From: Malacoraja senta
Taxonomy: Eukaryota
NCBI GenBank assembly: GCA_038087875.1
Contig: JAXLNO010000332.1
Span: forward strand, 1 to 64,000
Direction of reading: 5' to 3'
DNA: 64,000 nt
In this document: piece by piece, positions 13,231-25,689 of the stretch
How positions within the stretch are numbered: position 1 is the stretch's first letter
Layout: the number at the start of each line of letters is the position of its first letter
Position numbers and translations under genes: made by a program
Notes under the pieces: model-generated
Databases searched by the model: none
Seen by the model: only the letters and a program-made list of their open reading frames with translations
Told to the model about the DNA's origin: nothing

Positions 13231-16200
13231 TTTTTTATTTTTTTTATTTTTATTTTATTAGAAGTAAGTACAATTGTATACAATCATATTTTCATAATAC
13301 CTTTTATGTACAGCTTCTTATTTTTAAAATTTTTTGAAATAAAGAAGAAAAAGAAAAAAGTTAGATAATGAAAAATAGAAAAATGTGAGATATATAGTGT
13401 GTGTAAAAGAAAAATAAAGAATGAAAAAAGAAAGTTGAGACATAGAAAATAGAAGAAAGAGAATAAAAGAAAAGAAGAGAAGAAAAGAAAATAGAAGGAG
13501 ATCATTTATAATCTTGACCATCCCCAGTCACGAGTTAGCTTTTACACCTGTGTTGCACCATATGTTTCCAAAAAGACGTCAAATGGAGACCAACTCGTTA
13601 TGAATTGGTCAAATTTATCTATTAGGAGGAATCGCATTTCCTCAAGATGTGCGGTATCCAACATACTTGCAATCCACATTTTGAGCGTTGGTATTGGTGT
13701 ATTTTTCCAAAATTTCAATATTAATTTTTTTGCTATTATTAAACCATAATTAAAAATTGACTTTTGAGATGAGCTCAATTTGTTCCCGTCTTCCATTACC
13801 CCAAATATAATCAATTCATTATTGGGTTCCATTTTTGTCTTAAATAGTTTTGTAAATATTTCGAAAATATCACTCCAAAATCCATGAAGTTTTATACAAG
13901 AAACAAAAGAGTGTGTTATAGTTGCTTCTTGGGTTAAACATTTATCGCAAATGGGCGATATATTTGGATAAAATGTATTTAATCTTGTTTTTGAGTAATA
14001 TAATCTATGTAAAATTTTAAGGTGGATTAGATTATGTCTTGCGTTAATCGAACACTTGTGAATGTATGTCAAATACTTTTCCCATGTAGCCTTCGTAATT
14101 TTTATCAATAATTCCCGTTCCCACTCTTCTCTAATTACCTCGGTCACAGGTAAATCTATATTTAAGATACTATTATATAAATATGATATTATTTTTTGTG
14201 TATCAGCTTTTATATTCATTACTTCTTCCAGTAAATCAGGAGTTATTTGTTGATATCCCTGTATGTATGTCTTCAAAAAATTACAAATCTGAAAATATTT
14301 AAAATAATGAGTGTTTTTCAGTTTAAATTTTAATTGTAATGGTTGAAATGATAATAAATCTCCCATTTCATACATATCCCCGATCCTTTTAATTCCTAAA
14401 CTTTCCCATTGATTATATATTTTATCCATCATAGATGGTTTAAATAAAGGATTATTCGCTATCGGTGTTAACAATGATAGGTTTCTTAATTTTAAGGATA
14501 GTTTTATTTGTTTCCATACTCTTATTGTATCTTGTATAATTGGGTTTTTCTTATATATTGTATTGTTCATTTTTTTCGGGGAGAAGAGGATGGTTCCTAT
14601 ATTACAAGGATAACAATCCTCTTTCTCCATTTTTATCCATTCTGTCTGTTGAGTTGAACTATCCAACCAGTAAATTATATTCTTAATATGTATTGCCCAA
14701 TAGTAATACAAAAAATTAGGGAGTGAAAGCCCCCCGACATCTTTTGGTTTACATAAGTGTTCTTTTTTAATTCTATGTGATTTGTAATCCCAAACAAAAT
14801 TAGTAATATTAGCGTTCAGTTTAGAAAAAAAATATTTTGGTACATATACTGGTATAGATTGAAATAGGTATAATAACTGTGGTAGGAAGCTCATTTTAAT
14901 AGCATTTATTCTGCCTATTAATGATAAAGGGAGTGTTTTCCAAAATGTTATCATTATATTAAGTTTATTTATTAAGGGTATAAAATTAGCATTGAATAAA
15001 GCTTTATGTTTTCTAGTAATCTGTATACCCAGATATTTGAATTTTTCTGTTGCTATTTTAAAGGGGAATTTCAATAAGTGTGTGGATTCTTGAGGTTTTA
15101 ACGTTATAATTTCACTTTTGTTCCAGTTTATTCTATATCCTGAAAAGGACCCAAATTCCTCTATTACATTTAATAAATTTGGTATGCTCGTTTGTGAATT
15201 TGTTATATATAACAAAATATCGTCTGCATACAATGACATTTTATTATTTGAGTTCCTAGTATTATAACCCTGAATATTCGGATGGCTTCTTATACTTTCA
15301 GCCAGAGCTTCTATCATAAGGGCAAATAGCAGGGGTGATAAAGCACATCCCTGCCTATTACCCCTTGATAATTGAATTTTTTGAGATAACATGCTGTTAG
15401 TTAATATTCTTGCCATCGGTTTATCATATAATAATTTCACCCATGCAATAACATTCTCTCCCATATTAAATTTTTGTAATACTATGTATAAATACTGCCA
15501 TTCTACCTGATCAAATGCTTTCTCTGCGTCCAAAGAAATAATTGCTAAGTCTTTTTCTTCCTTTTTATGTGAGTACATTATATTAAACAGGCGTCTCAAA
15601 TTATTAAATTAATATCTTTTGGGTATAAACCCCGTTTGATCAGGGTTTATCAATTTACTAATATATTTGCTTAGTCTTCTAGCTAAAGTCTTTGCTAGAA
15701 TTTTCTGGTCGGTATTTAAAAGTGATATAGCTCTATATGAGTCCGGTTCCTCTAGATCTTTATCTTTCTTTGGAATAAGCGTAATAGTTGATTCTGCTAA
15801 TGTTTCAGGTAATTTATTTTCTTTAAAAACGTGAGTATATAAATTAAATAGATAGGGGGTCGTTATCTCATGAAACTTTTTATAAAATTCATTACTAAAA
15901 GCATCTGGTCCCGGTGTCTTACCATTTTTCAGCAATTTTATTGTTTCACCTATTTCTTCGATTGTAATTTGCGCTCCTAGTTCTTCTTGTTCCAAAAGGT
16001 CAAGTTTTGGTAGATTACATTTATCTAAAAAGTTTGTAATTTTACTATCTTCTGTTTTGGTTTTTGATGTGTATAAATTCTGATAAAATTGAACAAATCT
16101 TTTATTGATATCTTTAGGTAGTGTTAGTAATTCACCATTCTCGGATTAAATTGTATTTATAGTATTTTCCTTTTCCTGTTTTTTCAATTGACGCGCCAAC

Positions 16201-17961
16201 AGCTTATGTGGTTTGTCACCAAACTCAAATTGTTCCTGTTTTGTAATTTGGAATAATCTTATTACTCTTGCCGAGAGAATTCGGTTAAGTTTAAATTTCA
16301 GTAGTATTATCTTATTTTATTTATCTATAGTGGGATCTTTAGCATTATCTAACTCTAACTGTCTTATTTCTTGTTCTAACAGCATCTGTTCTGTTTTATT
16401 CTTCTTATTTTGAAAAAATTCATATGAAATTATAATTCCTCTAATAAATGCTTTAAAAGTTTCCCATATTAAAGAAGGTGAGGTACCTGGTGTATCATTT
16501 ATCTCAAAAAATGATATCATTTGTTGTTTCAAATATTGATAACCCTGTAAGTCATTTAATATATATGTGTTAAACCTCCAAAAAAAATCTTTCCCGGCAT
16601 TCCTTCAAATTTTACTAGAAAAGTCAATGGAGAGTGATCAGAAATACTACTAATATGGTAAGTTGGGTTAATTATATATGGCATTAATTTCCTATCCACT
16701 ACAAAATAATCAATTCTTGAGTATGTTTTATGTACCGAAGAGTAAAACGAGTATTCCCTTCCTGCTGGGTTAGCAGATCTCCATACATCTGTTATCTTAG
16801 TATTTATTATATATGTATTTAGAAATTCACTAGTCTTAGATTTTGTATTATTCCTTCTTTGTTTTGCTGATTTGTCTAAGTAAGGATCTAAAACACAGTT
16901 GAAATCCCCTCCTATTATGACATTTTGATAATTAAACTCCAGTATTATATCTATAATTTTCTCAAAAAATTGAGGGTTATCAAAATTCGGAGCGTAAATA
17001 TTTACCATAGTTATTGGGGTATCATAAATTTCTCCCGAAACTATGATATACCTTCCCTCTTTATCTGATATAGTATTCTTTAATTTGAACGGTATACCTT
17101 TTCGAATAAGAATAGCCGTACCTTTAGATTTAGAAGTAAATGACGAATAATATGTTTGGCCTATCCACTTCGCCTTTAATCTCATTTGTGTTTCCTGTTT
17201 CATGTGAGTTTCTTGCAAGTAGATTAGGTCGCTTTTCAAAGATTTTAGGTGAGCAAAAATTGTACCCTTCTTTATTGGTTCATTGGCACCCCTTATATTC
17301 CAACTTCAGAATGTGATTCCTCCATTCTTTATTTGCCTATCGTCTTGCATTGTATATCAAAGTGATGTTCTTGAAACATATGGTGCAAACAAATACCTCC
17401 GTGTTCTGGACGTTGGGTGGTCATTCCAAATTTTTAAGTTTACATTACATCTCCATCTCCAAAAGTGCCTTAGATAAAGCAAGAAAAGTTGTGATTTACA
17501 ATTAATTAAGTGATTTTTAAAAAAAAGTGAAATTAAGGTATCTAAAAGCAGGTACCTTAAAGACAAATAGCCACCTAAGGTGGCGAAAGAATTATAGACT
17601 TCCGTTGATGTTATTTTACAGTGAGCCCCAATCCCTTATTAACACCTCGTAAAGAAAAAAAAACTACAAACCGTCTCATATCTTGTTTATTCTTGTATAA
17701 CTTTATCAAACTAGCGTTAGTAAAATGCCCCCCAAAAAAATAATTTAAAAAAAAAATAGTAATAATAATAATAATAATAACAAAAATATGCAAAGATAAA
17801 ATATTAAAGAGTTTAAAAAAAAATAAAAAATTAATGTAATTAAACCCCAAATCCAAATATAAACCACAACCTATTCTCATTTCTATAAGTATTTGTACTG
17901 TACCAATTTATCTAGCCAGCTACCCTACAAGCAGGTACCGAGGGGTTAACCTCATTCCTGG
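13231..17961 (-). mobile_element. 5'-truncated L1 (L1-B; spacer + ORF2 ~17350-13542) nested antisense in the 3' UTR of L1-A
   Basis: TSD AATATGTTATGTACT(T) at 13216-13231 and 17962-17977; EN/RT ORFs 16556-17239, 15609-15995, 13542-15599; A-rich tail at 13231-13260. Confidence 0.93.
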
Positions 17962-18017
17962 AATATGTTATGTACTTATCTCCAATAAAAAATATTTTCA
18001 AAAAAAAAAAAAAAAAA

Positions 18018-18343
18018 GGAAGACTGGAACCCTTTGCCGCAGTAGGAGCAGGTGGCCGCTCACTGCTGTGCACCCGCTGGTGCACCCGCAGCCGCGACAA
18101 CTGGGTAAAGTTCTTGGCGCATGTGGAGCAGCCATAGGGCTTCTCGCCTGTGTGCACTTGCCGGTGGGCCTCCAGTTCATTCGCCGTCTTGAAAATCTTG
18201 CCGCACTCCGAGCAGTTGAAGGGGCGTTCTCCCATGTGAACCCGCCGGTGGGTCTCTAGCTGGCTCGCGCTCTGCCACGCCTTGCCACACACGTCACACT
18301 CATAACACCTCTACTTGTTGTGCCCTGTCATGTGGTCCTCCAT
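18018..18343 (-). pseudogene. C2H2 zinc-finger gene copy A, 5' part
   Basis: MEDHMTGHNK*RCYECDVCGKAWQSASQLETHRRVH...; early stop; the splice-acceptor segment seen in B and C is deleted (~18455). Confidence 0.88.
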
Positions 18344-18516
18344 CGAAGCTCAGCCCCTCGAAACTCAGCCCGCATACCGAGCAGATGGGGGGGGGGGGTC
18401 TCACAAGCACCCTGGCCGCCCTCAATGGCCACTCACATCCCCTTCTCTCCACCCACAGGACATTACTAGTACATATTGAGTGCATTTAAGGCGGAGGAAA
18501 CCGTTAGATAATTCCG

Positions 18517-18833
18517 CGCAGCTCACTGACGCAGTGGTACAGTTGCTGCCTCACCGCCAGAGACCCGGGCTCGATCCTGACTACGGGTCGTGTCAGTGCG
18601 GAGTTTGTACGTTCGCCCCTTGACCTGCGTGGGTTTTTACTCCGGGTGCTCCGGTTTCCTCCAACATTTCAAAGACGTTCAGGGTTGTAGATTAATTGGC
18701 CTCCGCAAAATTGCTAAATTGTCTCTAATGTGCGTAGGATAGTGCTTGTGTACGGGGTGATCACTGGTTGGCGTGGACGCCATGAGCCGAAGGACCTGTT
18801 GTTTCCACGCTGCATCTCTAAACTAAACTAAAC
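18517..18833 (+). mobile_element. tRNA-derived V-SINE (HE1-like)
   Basis: tRNA-like head with B-box-like GGCTCGATCC, V-domain CTCCGGGTGCTCCGGTTTCCTCC, LINE-type tail GCCGAAGGACCTG...(CTAAA)n. Confidence 0.82.
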
Positions 18834-19019
18834 AAAAAAGTGTGTCGACCCAAAACGCCACTCATTTCTTTTCTCCACAGATGCCGCCTGACCCGCTGAG
18901 TTTAACTCCAGCATTTTGTCATCGAGTCAGAGAGTGATACAGCGTTGGAAAGAGGCCCTTCGGCCCAACTCGTACCTGCACTCCTAGATCCCTGGGCTCC
19001 ACACATTCCGCAAGCCTCA

Positions 19020-19700
19020 GAGTTGTACAGAGTCCTAGTGAGACCACACCTGGAGTACTGTGTGCAGTTTTGGTCCCCTAATTTGAGGAAGGACATTCTT
19101 GCTATTGAGGGAGAGCAGCGTAGGTTTACACGGTTAATTCCCGGGATGGCGCAACTGTCATATGCTGAGAGAATGGAGCGGCTGGACTTGTACACTCTGG
19201 AGTTCAGAAGGATAAGATGGGATCTTATTGAAACATTTAAGATTCTTAAGGGTGAAGAAGGGTTTCGGCCCAAAACGTTGCCCATTTCCTTCGCTCCATA
19301 GATGCTGCCGCACCCGCTGAGTCTCTCCAGCACTTTTGTCTACCTACGATTGTTAAGGGTTTGGACACGCCAGAGGCAGGAAACATGTTCCCCATGTTGA
19401 GGGAGTCCAGAACCAGGGGCAACAGTTTAAGAAAAAGGGGTAAGCCATTTAGAACGGAGACGAGGAAATACTTTTTTTCTCAAGACAGTTGTGAGTCTTT
19501 AGAATTCTCTGCCTCAAAGGTCAGTGGAGGTTGGTTCTCTGGATACTTTCAAGAGAGGGCTAGATAGGGCTCTTAAAGATAGGGGATATGGGGAGAAGAC
19601 AGGAACGGGGTACTGATTGTGGATGATCAGCCGTGATCACATTGAATGGCGGTGCTGGCTCAAAGGGCCGAATGGCCTGCTCCTGCACCTATTGTCTGTT
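19020..19700 (+). mobile_element. CR1 LINE 3' fragment containing a short Penelope/hammerhead insert
   Basis: [26 protein letters not shown]1 3' UTR; absent at the homologous point in cassette B (~26430). Confidence 0.88.
19254..19347 (+). mobile_element. ~94-bp Penelope pLTR / hammerhead-like unit with 13-bp TSD
   Basis: GATTCTTAAGGGT (19241-19253) / GATTGTTAAGGGT (19348-19360) flank GAAGAAGGGTTTCGGCCCAAAACGTTGCC... Confidence 0.8.
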
Positions 19701-20089
19701 GCCCCAGCGCCCCGCCATTCACAATGAAGATCCTGCCCTGGTTTGACTTCCTAAACTGCAATACCCTCCCCACCCCCAAACAATGTGACCTCCTCCCTGT
19801 GACTCCCCGCCCCTTACCCCTGCCGCCTCCTGCTCTTTACCCCGGTTTGCTCCCTCCCCCCTCCTCCCCACCCCCAAACAATGTGAACCCCCCACCATGC
19901 TCCCTACCCCATTCATTGACACTTGACCCCTCTCCCCCCAGTTCCCTGCCCCCCCATTCACCCTCCTCGGCAGCAAACCCACTCCCCTTGAATCCCTCCC
20001 CCTCCCTTTTCTCCCTGCTCCCGCCCCCCCCGCTACTCACTTCACCCCTTTTCCAACCCCCAGCCTCTCACCCCTCCCTCCCTCCACAC

Positions 20090-20580
20090 TGTCTCCTCTC
20101 TCTCTCTGACCCTCTCCCCTTATTGCTGCCCCTCTCAGCCTTCCCCCCTCAGATACCTCAATCCCTCTCTCCCCCTACCCCTCTCTCTACCCCTCTCTCT
20201 CTCTCTTCCCTCCCCCTCTCTCTCTCTTTCCCACCCCCTCTCTCTCACTCTCTCTTTCTGTGTGTGTGTGTCTCTCTCCTTCTGTCTCCCCACACACCCC
20301 TCTCTCTCCCTTCTCTCCCTCTTTCTCTCTCCCTCTCACTCCCTCTCTCTCTCACTCACTGTCTCTCCCCACCTCTTGTCCTCACCTACCAACACTTTCT
20401 CTGTCTCTCCACATTCTCTCTCCCCCTCCCCAACACACAACCCCCCTCTCTCTCTCTCTATCCCCTTCTCCCTCTCCCCCTCTCTCGCTCCACTTCTCTC
20501 TCTCCCCACACTCTCTCTCTCTCTCCCCCCTCTCTCTCTCTCCCCTTCTCTCTCTCCCCTTCTCTCTCTCCTCTCTCTCT
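20090..20580. repeat. C/CT-rich low-complexity polypyrimidine tract
   Basis: Imperfect (CT)n/(C)n. Confidence 0.9.
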
Positions 20581-20584
20581 CCCC

Positions 20585-20850
20585 GTGCAGTGCGGGTCGC
20601 CGCCATCTTGGCCGTAGCGTCATTTCCGGGCTGAAGCCTCCCCGCTGCTCGATCTCGCAGCCTGCGGGGCAACGGGCGGCCGGGCCGTGGCGTCATTTCC
20701 GGGCTGATGCCCCCCTCCCCCCCCCCCCGTCCGCGTTGCGCTGTCTCTGTCTGCGGGGCAGCGGGCGGGGGGTATGAGCCGTGAGTCACCGGTGGATCAG
20801 GGCGGCCGGGGTGGTGGAGTAGTGTCGGGGCTGAGGAGAGCGGGTAGTCG
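20585..20850. promoter_or_regulatory. CpG-rich candidate promoter (upstream of ZF copy A)
   Basis: Dense CpG; CGCCATCTT (YY1-type) ~20602 and two GCGTCATTTCCGG (ETS/ATF-like) motifs. Confidence 0.55.
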
Positions 20851-20879
20851 GGTCAGAGTCTCTATCTTCTGTTTTTACT

Positions 20880-20902
20880 GTCTCTCTCAGTCTCTCTCTG
20901 TC

Positions 20903-20937
<35 letters not shown>

Positions 20938-21530
20938 GCCTGTCTGTCTCTCTCTGTCTGTCTGTCTCTGTCTTTCTGTCTCTGTCTGTCTGTCTCTGTC
21001 TTTCTGTCTCTTTTTGTCTGTCTCTCCCTCTGTCTGTCTGTCTCTGTCTGTCTGTCTATCTCTGTCTCGTGTCTGTCTGTCTCTCTCTGTCTGTCTGTCT
21101 GTCTCTCTCTGCCTGTCTATCTCTCTGTCTGTCTGTCTCCCTCTGTCTGTCTCTGTCTGTTTGTCTCTGTCTGTCTGTCTTTCTCTCTCTGTCTGTCTGT
21201 CTGTCTCCCTCTCTCTCGCGGTATCCCTCTCTCTCTGTCTCTGTCTCCCTCTCTCTCTCTCTCTCTCCCTCTCTCTCTCTTCGCTCTCTCTCTCTCTCCC
21301 TCCCTCTCTCTCTCTGTCTCCCTCTCTCTCTGTGTCTCCCTCTTTCTCTCTCTGTCTTCCCCTCCCTCTCTCTGTCTCCCTCTCTCTCTGTCTCCATCTC
21401 TCTCTCTGTCTCTCTCTGTCTCTGTCTGTCTGTCACTGTCTGTCTGTGTCTGTCTGTCTCTGTCTGCCTGTCTTTGTCTGTCTGACTGTCTGTCTCTGTC
21501 TGTCTCTGTCGGTCTGTCTGCCCCTCTCTT
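20880..21530. repeat. Complex (CT/CTGT)n microsatellite
   Basis: Direct inspection. Confidence 0.95.
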
Positions 21531-23225
21531 CCCCCTTAGAATGTGCGGGGAGGGGCGTTTGTGTGTGTGTGTGGGGGGGGGGGTAGTGTGTGCACGTGTG
21601 TGCTCCCCCCTCCCTCTCTCCACCCCTCTCTCTCTCAGTGAGTGCCAAAGAATGCCATGCTTGAATGACTACTGACCGGTGGCCCTCACCTCGGTAGTCA
21701 TGAAATGTTTCGAGAGGCTGAACCTCATCTGCTCCTTCCTCCCTCGCACCATGGACACGCTGCAGTTCGCATACCGTCCGAACAGATCCACAGATGATGC
21801 GGTCACCCAGGTTCTGCACACCACTCTCTCTCACCTTGACACCCAGAAGGGGGGCTATGTGAGGATGCTGTTCATTGATTTTAGTTTAGCTTTCAATACC
21901 ATAGGCCCCACCAGACATGCTGAGAAGCAGCTGGAACTGGGAATGAACACTCCCCTGTGTGCCCTGGTCCTGAGCTTTCTCACTGCCAGGCCGCAGGTCG
22001 TCAAGATGGGGAGACATACATCCAACCCCTTCACCCTGAACACAGATCCCCACAGGGTTGTCTCCTTAGCCCCCTACTGTACTCGCTGCACACATATGAC
22101 TGTGTGGCCAGATTCAGCTCCAACTCCATCATCAAGTTTGCTGATGACCCTGTGGTGGTGGGCCTGATCTCCAATAACGATGAGAAGGCCTACCGGGAGG
22201 AGGTGGCTGATCTGGCACTCTGGTGTCAGGACAACAGCCTCCTCTTGAATGTCACTAAAACTAAGGAGCTGATTGTGGACTTTAGAAGAGCACAACATCC
22301 GAGGACATACACGCCAATGGAGATAAATGGGGCTTCTGTGGATAGGGTGAGCTGCTTTAAATACCTCGGTGTCCACATCACAGAGGATCTGATATGGACA
22401 ACACACATTGCTGCACTGGTGAGTAAGGCAAGGCAGCATCTTTACCACGTCAGGCAACTGAGGAAATTCAGAGCCTCTCTCAGGATCCTTTATTGCTTCT
22501 ACTCTGGGGCTGTAGAAAGCATCTTGTCCGCCAACATCTCAATCTGGTTTGGGAACAGCTCTTCCCAGGACAGGGAGGCTCTGCAGAGCGTAGTGCGTTC
22601 GGCCGAACACACTATGGGAACGACACTCACCCCCCTGCAGGACCTATACACCAGGAGGTGCAGATCCAGCGCCAGTAACATTATGGGGGACCCTTACCAC
22701 GCCAGCAACGGACTGTTCCAGCTGCTTCGGTCAGGCAAGCGCCTCCGCTGTCATTCTGTGAAAACAGAGAGGCTGAGATGGAGTTTCTTCCCACAGGCCA
22801 TCAGGACTGTAAACTCTTATCTCACCATGGCTTAATACTGTTGTGTTATGTCTTTTTTTTCTAAAATGTGAATACAGGTTCTGTTCTATTTATATAATTA
22901 AAACTCTGATCTCGACCACTTCCTGGTTACCCTGCATATTGCTGTGATTTTTGGCCATCTTAGAGTCCCCCTCCGCTGCGCAGGGCAAGAGGATTTTCCC
23001 CATCGATGAAAAATACAAGACTGATTAATGCTTCAAAAATGTTGAGATTCTCTCTCCTGTCAATCACGCCATGAAGGCCACGCCCCTTCTGGTGGGATGG
23101 GGGAGGGACTGTAAAACCCGGAAGTGTGGAGGTGTCTCAGTTCTCTGCAAGATGGCGGAGCGACAGGTCACGACTCCCTCGGTCTGAGCTGTGAATAACA
23201 CTGAACACATGTCTACTAAACTGTG

Positions 23226-23757
23226 GTAGACAAAAATGCTGGAGAAACTCAGCGGGTGCGGCAGCATCTTTGGAGCGAAGGAAATAGGCAATGTTTTGGA
23301 CCGAAACCCTTCTTCAGACTGATGTAGGGTGGGGGTGGGGGCGGGAAAAAGAAAGGAAGAGGAGGAGCCAGAGGCCTGAGGGAGAGCTGAGAAGAGGAGG
23401 AGACAGTGAGGGTTACGTGAAGTTGGAGAAGTCAATGTTCATGCCACTGGTGTATCAACTGCCCAAGTGAAATATGAGTTGCTGCTCCTCCAATTTCCGG
23501 TGGTCCTCACTCTGGCCATGGAGGAGGCCCAGGATAGAAAGGTTGGATTCGGAATGGGAGGGGGAGTTGAAGTGCTGAGCCACTGGGAGATCAGGTTGTT
23601 TCTTGTGGACCGAGCGGAGATGTTCTGCGAAGCGATCGCCAAGCCTACGCTTGGTCTCACCGATGTAGATCAGCTGACGCCTAGAGCAGCGGTTGCAATA
23701 GATGAGGTTGGAGGAGGTGCAGGTGAACCCTTGTCGCACCTGGAACGACTGTTTGGG
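23226..23757 (-). mobile_element. Penelope-like element 3' fragment (GIY-YIG endonuclease + hammerhead-bearing pLTR)
   Basis: NLIYCNRCSRRQLIYIGETKRRLGDRFAEH (23455-23739); CTGTG duplicated at 23221-23225 and 23758-23762. Confidence 0.88.
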
Positions 23758-23794
23758 CTGTGAGTGGTTTTACTGACCTGTCAGTGCCCTTAAT

Positions 23795-24271
23795 GTGGTT
23801 TGAAAATGTGGTTTGAAAATGCAAAAGTGTGTTTTGGTTTGAAAATGCAAAAATATGTTTTGGTTTGAAAATGTAAAAGTTGCCTTTGGTTTGAAAATGC
23901 TAACGTTTCCTTTGGTTTGAAAATGCTAAAGTTGCCTTTGGTTTGAAAATGCGAAAGTTGCCTTTGGTTTGAAAATGCTAAAGTTGCCTAATTGAAAAGT
24001 TGGTTCCAGAATGCTAAGGTTGCCTTGCCTAATTGAAAAGTTGGTTTCAGAATGCTATGGTTGCCTTGCCTAATTGCAAAGTTGGTTTGAGAATGCTAAA
24101 GTTGCCTTGCCTAATTGACAAATTGGTTTGAGAATGCTAAAGTTGCCTTGCCTAATTGAAAAGTTAGTTTGAGATGGCTAAAGTTGCCTTGCCTAATTGA
24201 CATGTTGGTTTGAGAATGCAAACGTTGCCTTGCCCAATTGAAAAGTTGGTTTGAGAATGCAAAAGTTGCCT
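23795..24271. repeat. Minisatellite inside the Helitron: ~26-bp units changing to ~41-bp units
   Basis: TGGTTTGAAAATGCTAAAGTTGCCTT, then GGTTTGAGAATGCTAAAGTTGCCTTGCCTAATTGAAAAGTT. Confidence 0.92.
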
Positions 24272-24597
24272 TCTCTATAATTACAAGTCTAATCTTGACC
24301 ACTTCGTGTTTGCGCGCTATATTAATTTTAGAAAACACGCTACCACGTACGGCTGTGATTTTTGGCCATCGTATTCAGAGTCCCCCTCCGCTCATCAGAT
24401 GCAGAGGATTTTTCCCATCGATGAAAAATAAAAGACTTATCAGTGTTTAAAAAATGTTGAGCTTCTCCTTCCTGCCAATCACGCCATGTTCACGCCCTTT
24501 CTGGTGGGAGGGGGAGAGGGACTATAAAATCCGGAAGTGTGGGCGTGTCTCCCTGTCTGGAAGATGGGGGAGGGAGAGGTCACGACTCTCTGTCTTT

Positions 24598-25056
24598 AGT
24601 GGCCTTGCACCCTGCTTGAAATGGTATGAAACTGCATTTGAATTTGGTGGCCTTGCACCCTGCTTGAAGTGGTATGAGACTGCACTCGAATTTGGTGGCC
24701 TTGCACCCTGCTTGAAGTGGTATGACACCGCTTGAATTTGGTGGCCTTGCACCCTGCTTGAAGTGGCATGACACTGCACTTGAGTTTGGTGGCCTTGCAC
24801 TCTGCTTGAAGTGGCATTAAACTGCATTTTAATTTGGTGGCCTTGCACCCTGCTTGAAGTGGCATGAACCTGCACTTGAAGTTGGTGGCCTTGCACCCTG
24901 CTTGAAGTGGCATGAAACTGCACTTGAATTTGGTGGCCTTGCACCCTGCTTGAAGTGGCAGGAAAGTGCACTTGAATTTGATTATCTTGCACCCTGCTTG
25001 AAGTGGCAGGAAACTGCACTTGAATTTGGTGGCCTTGCACCCTGCTTGAAATGGAA
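24598..25056. repeat. 48-bp minisatellite (~9.5 copies) inside the Helitron
   Basis: GGCCTTGCACCCTGCTTGAAGTGGCATGAAACTGCACTTGAATTTGGT tandem. Confidence 0.95.
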
Positions 25057-25689
25057 TTTCAAGGAAAAGCCGTGAGTCAACTGCCAGCCCACCAGCCTTG
25101 AGTGAGTGAGCTGCCAGCACACCAGGCTTGAGTAACTGAGCCGCCATCCCAAGCATCCATTCGGCCCGCAATGTCCATACTAGCTCTCTGGAAACCAGTC
25201 CCTTCAGCCCACAACACCCATAATAGCGCTCCAGAAAGCCGCCCCCCCCCCACTGGCCACCAATATTGGAATTGGTGGAGAGGTGGAATATTGCGTTGGG
25301 GGACCATCCCTCCCGTGTGAAGCTGGGACCCAACGGGTCCCACTGAGTCTAATTCTATTCTGTTGGTTTTGATTTTGCACAATCCGCAGGCATTACCACT
25401 TTCATTTCACTGCACATCTTGTATGTGTATGTGACAAATAAAGTTCACTTGATTTGACTGTCCCCCTCTCTCCTTCTCTCCCCTATCTCTCCCTCCCTCT
25501 CCCCCCGTCTCTCCGTCTCCCCCGCCTTTCTCTCTCTCTTTCTCCTTTCCTCCCCCTCCTTTCCTCCCCTCTCCTCTCCCCCTTTCCTCTCTCCTCCTTC
25601 CCTCCCCTCTCCTCCCTTCCCCTCTGCTCCTGGAAGTAGACAGATTTATCGATTGGACAGGGATTTGAAGGGAATCTGATTGGTGATTG

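Larger units (their letters stand above)
7215..18017 (+). mobile_element. Full-length L1-clade LINE (L1-A) inserted in ZF copy A; contains nested L1-B
   Basis: 5' GACTTCCGGTGGCGC; poly(A) ending 18017; 16-bp TSD GGAAGACTG(A/G)AACCCT at 7199-7214 and 18018-18033. Confidence 0.95.
22889..25352 (+). mobile_element. Non-autonomous composite Helitron with two 5' heads
   Basis: Inserted between A and T with no TSD (empty site visible in the paralogous Rex1 at ~33310-33345); 3' hairpin TGGGACCC-AAC-GGGTCCCA 25324-25342 followed by CTAA; heads TTTATATAATT (22889) and TCTCTATAATT (24272). Confidence 0.85.
21640..25450 (+). mobile_element. Rex1/Babar LINE (body 21640-22888, tail 25353-25450), 3' UTR interrupted by a Helitron
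   Basis: VALTSVVMKCFERL, LFIDFSLAFNTI, SPQGCLLSPLLYSLHTYDC, IIKFADD; tail ...GTGACAAATAAAG resumes after 25352. Confidence 0.9.

Noticed and set aside
18517..18590. Possible tRNA gene
   Set aside because: It is the degenerate tRNA-derived head of a V-SINE, continuous with the V-domain and LINE tail.
19720..19765. Conserved peptide MKILPWFDFLNCNT shared by cassettes A and B, as a possible effector exon
   Set aside because: The opposite strand reads VLxFRKSNQGRIFT, like the end of a CR1 RT. It is an old LINE scrap copied with the cassette.
24598..25056. 48-bp array resembling a CRISPR repeat-spacer array
   Set aside because: The 'spacers' are homologous to each other, there are no cas genes and the context is eukaryotic. 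It is a Helitron-internal minisatellite.
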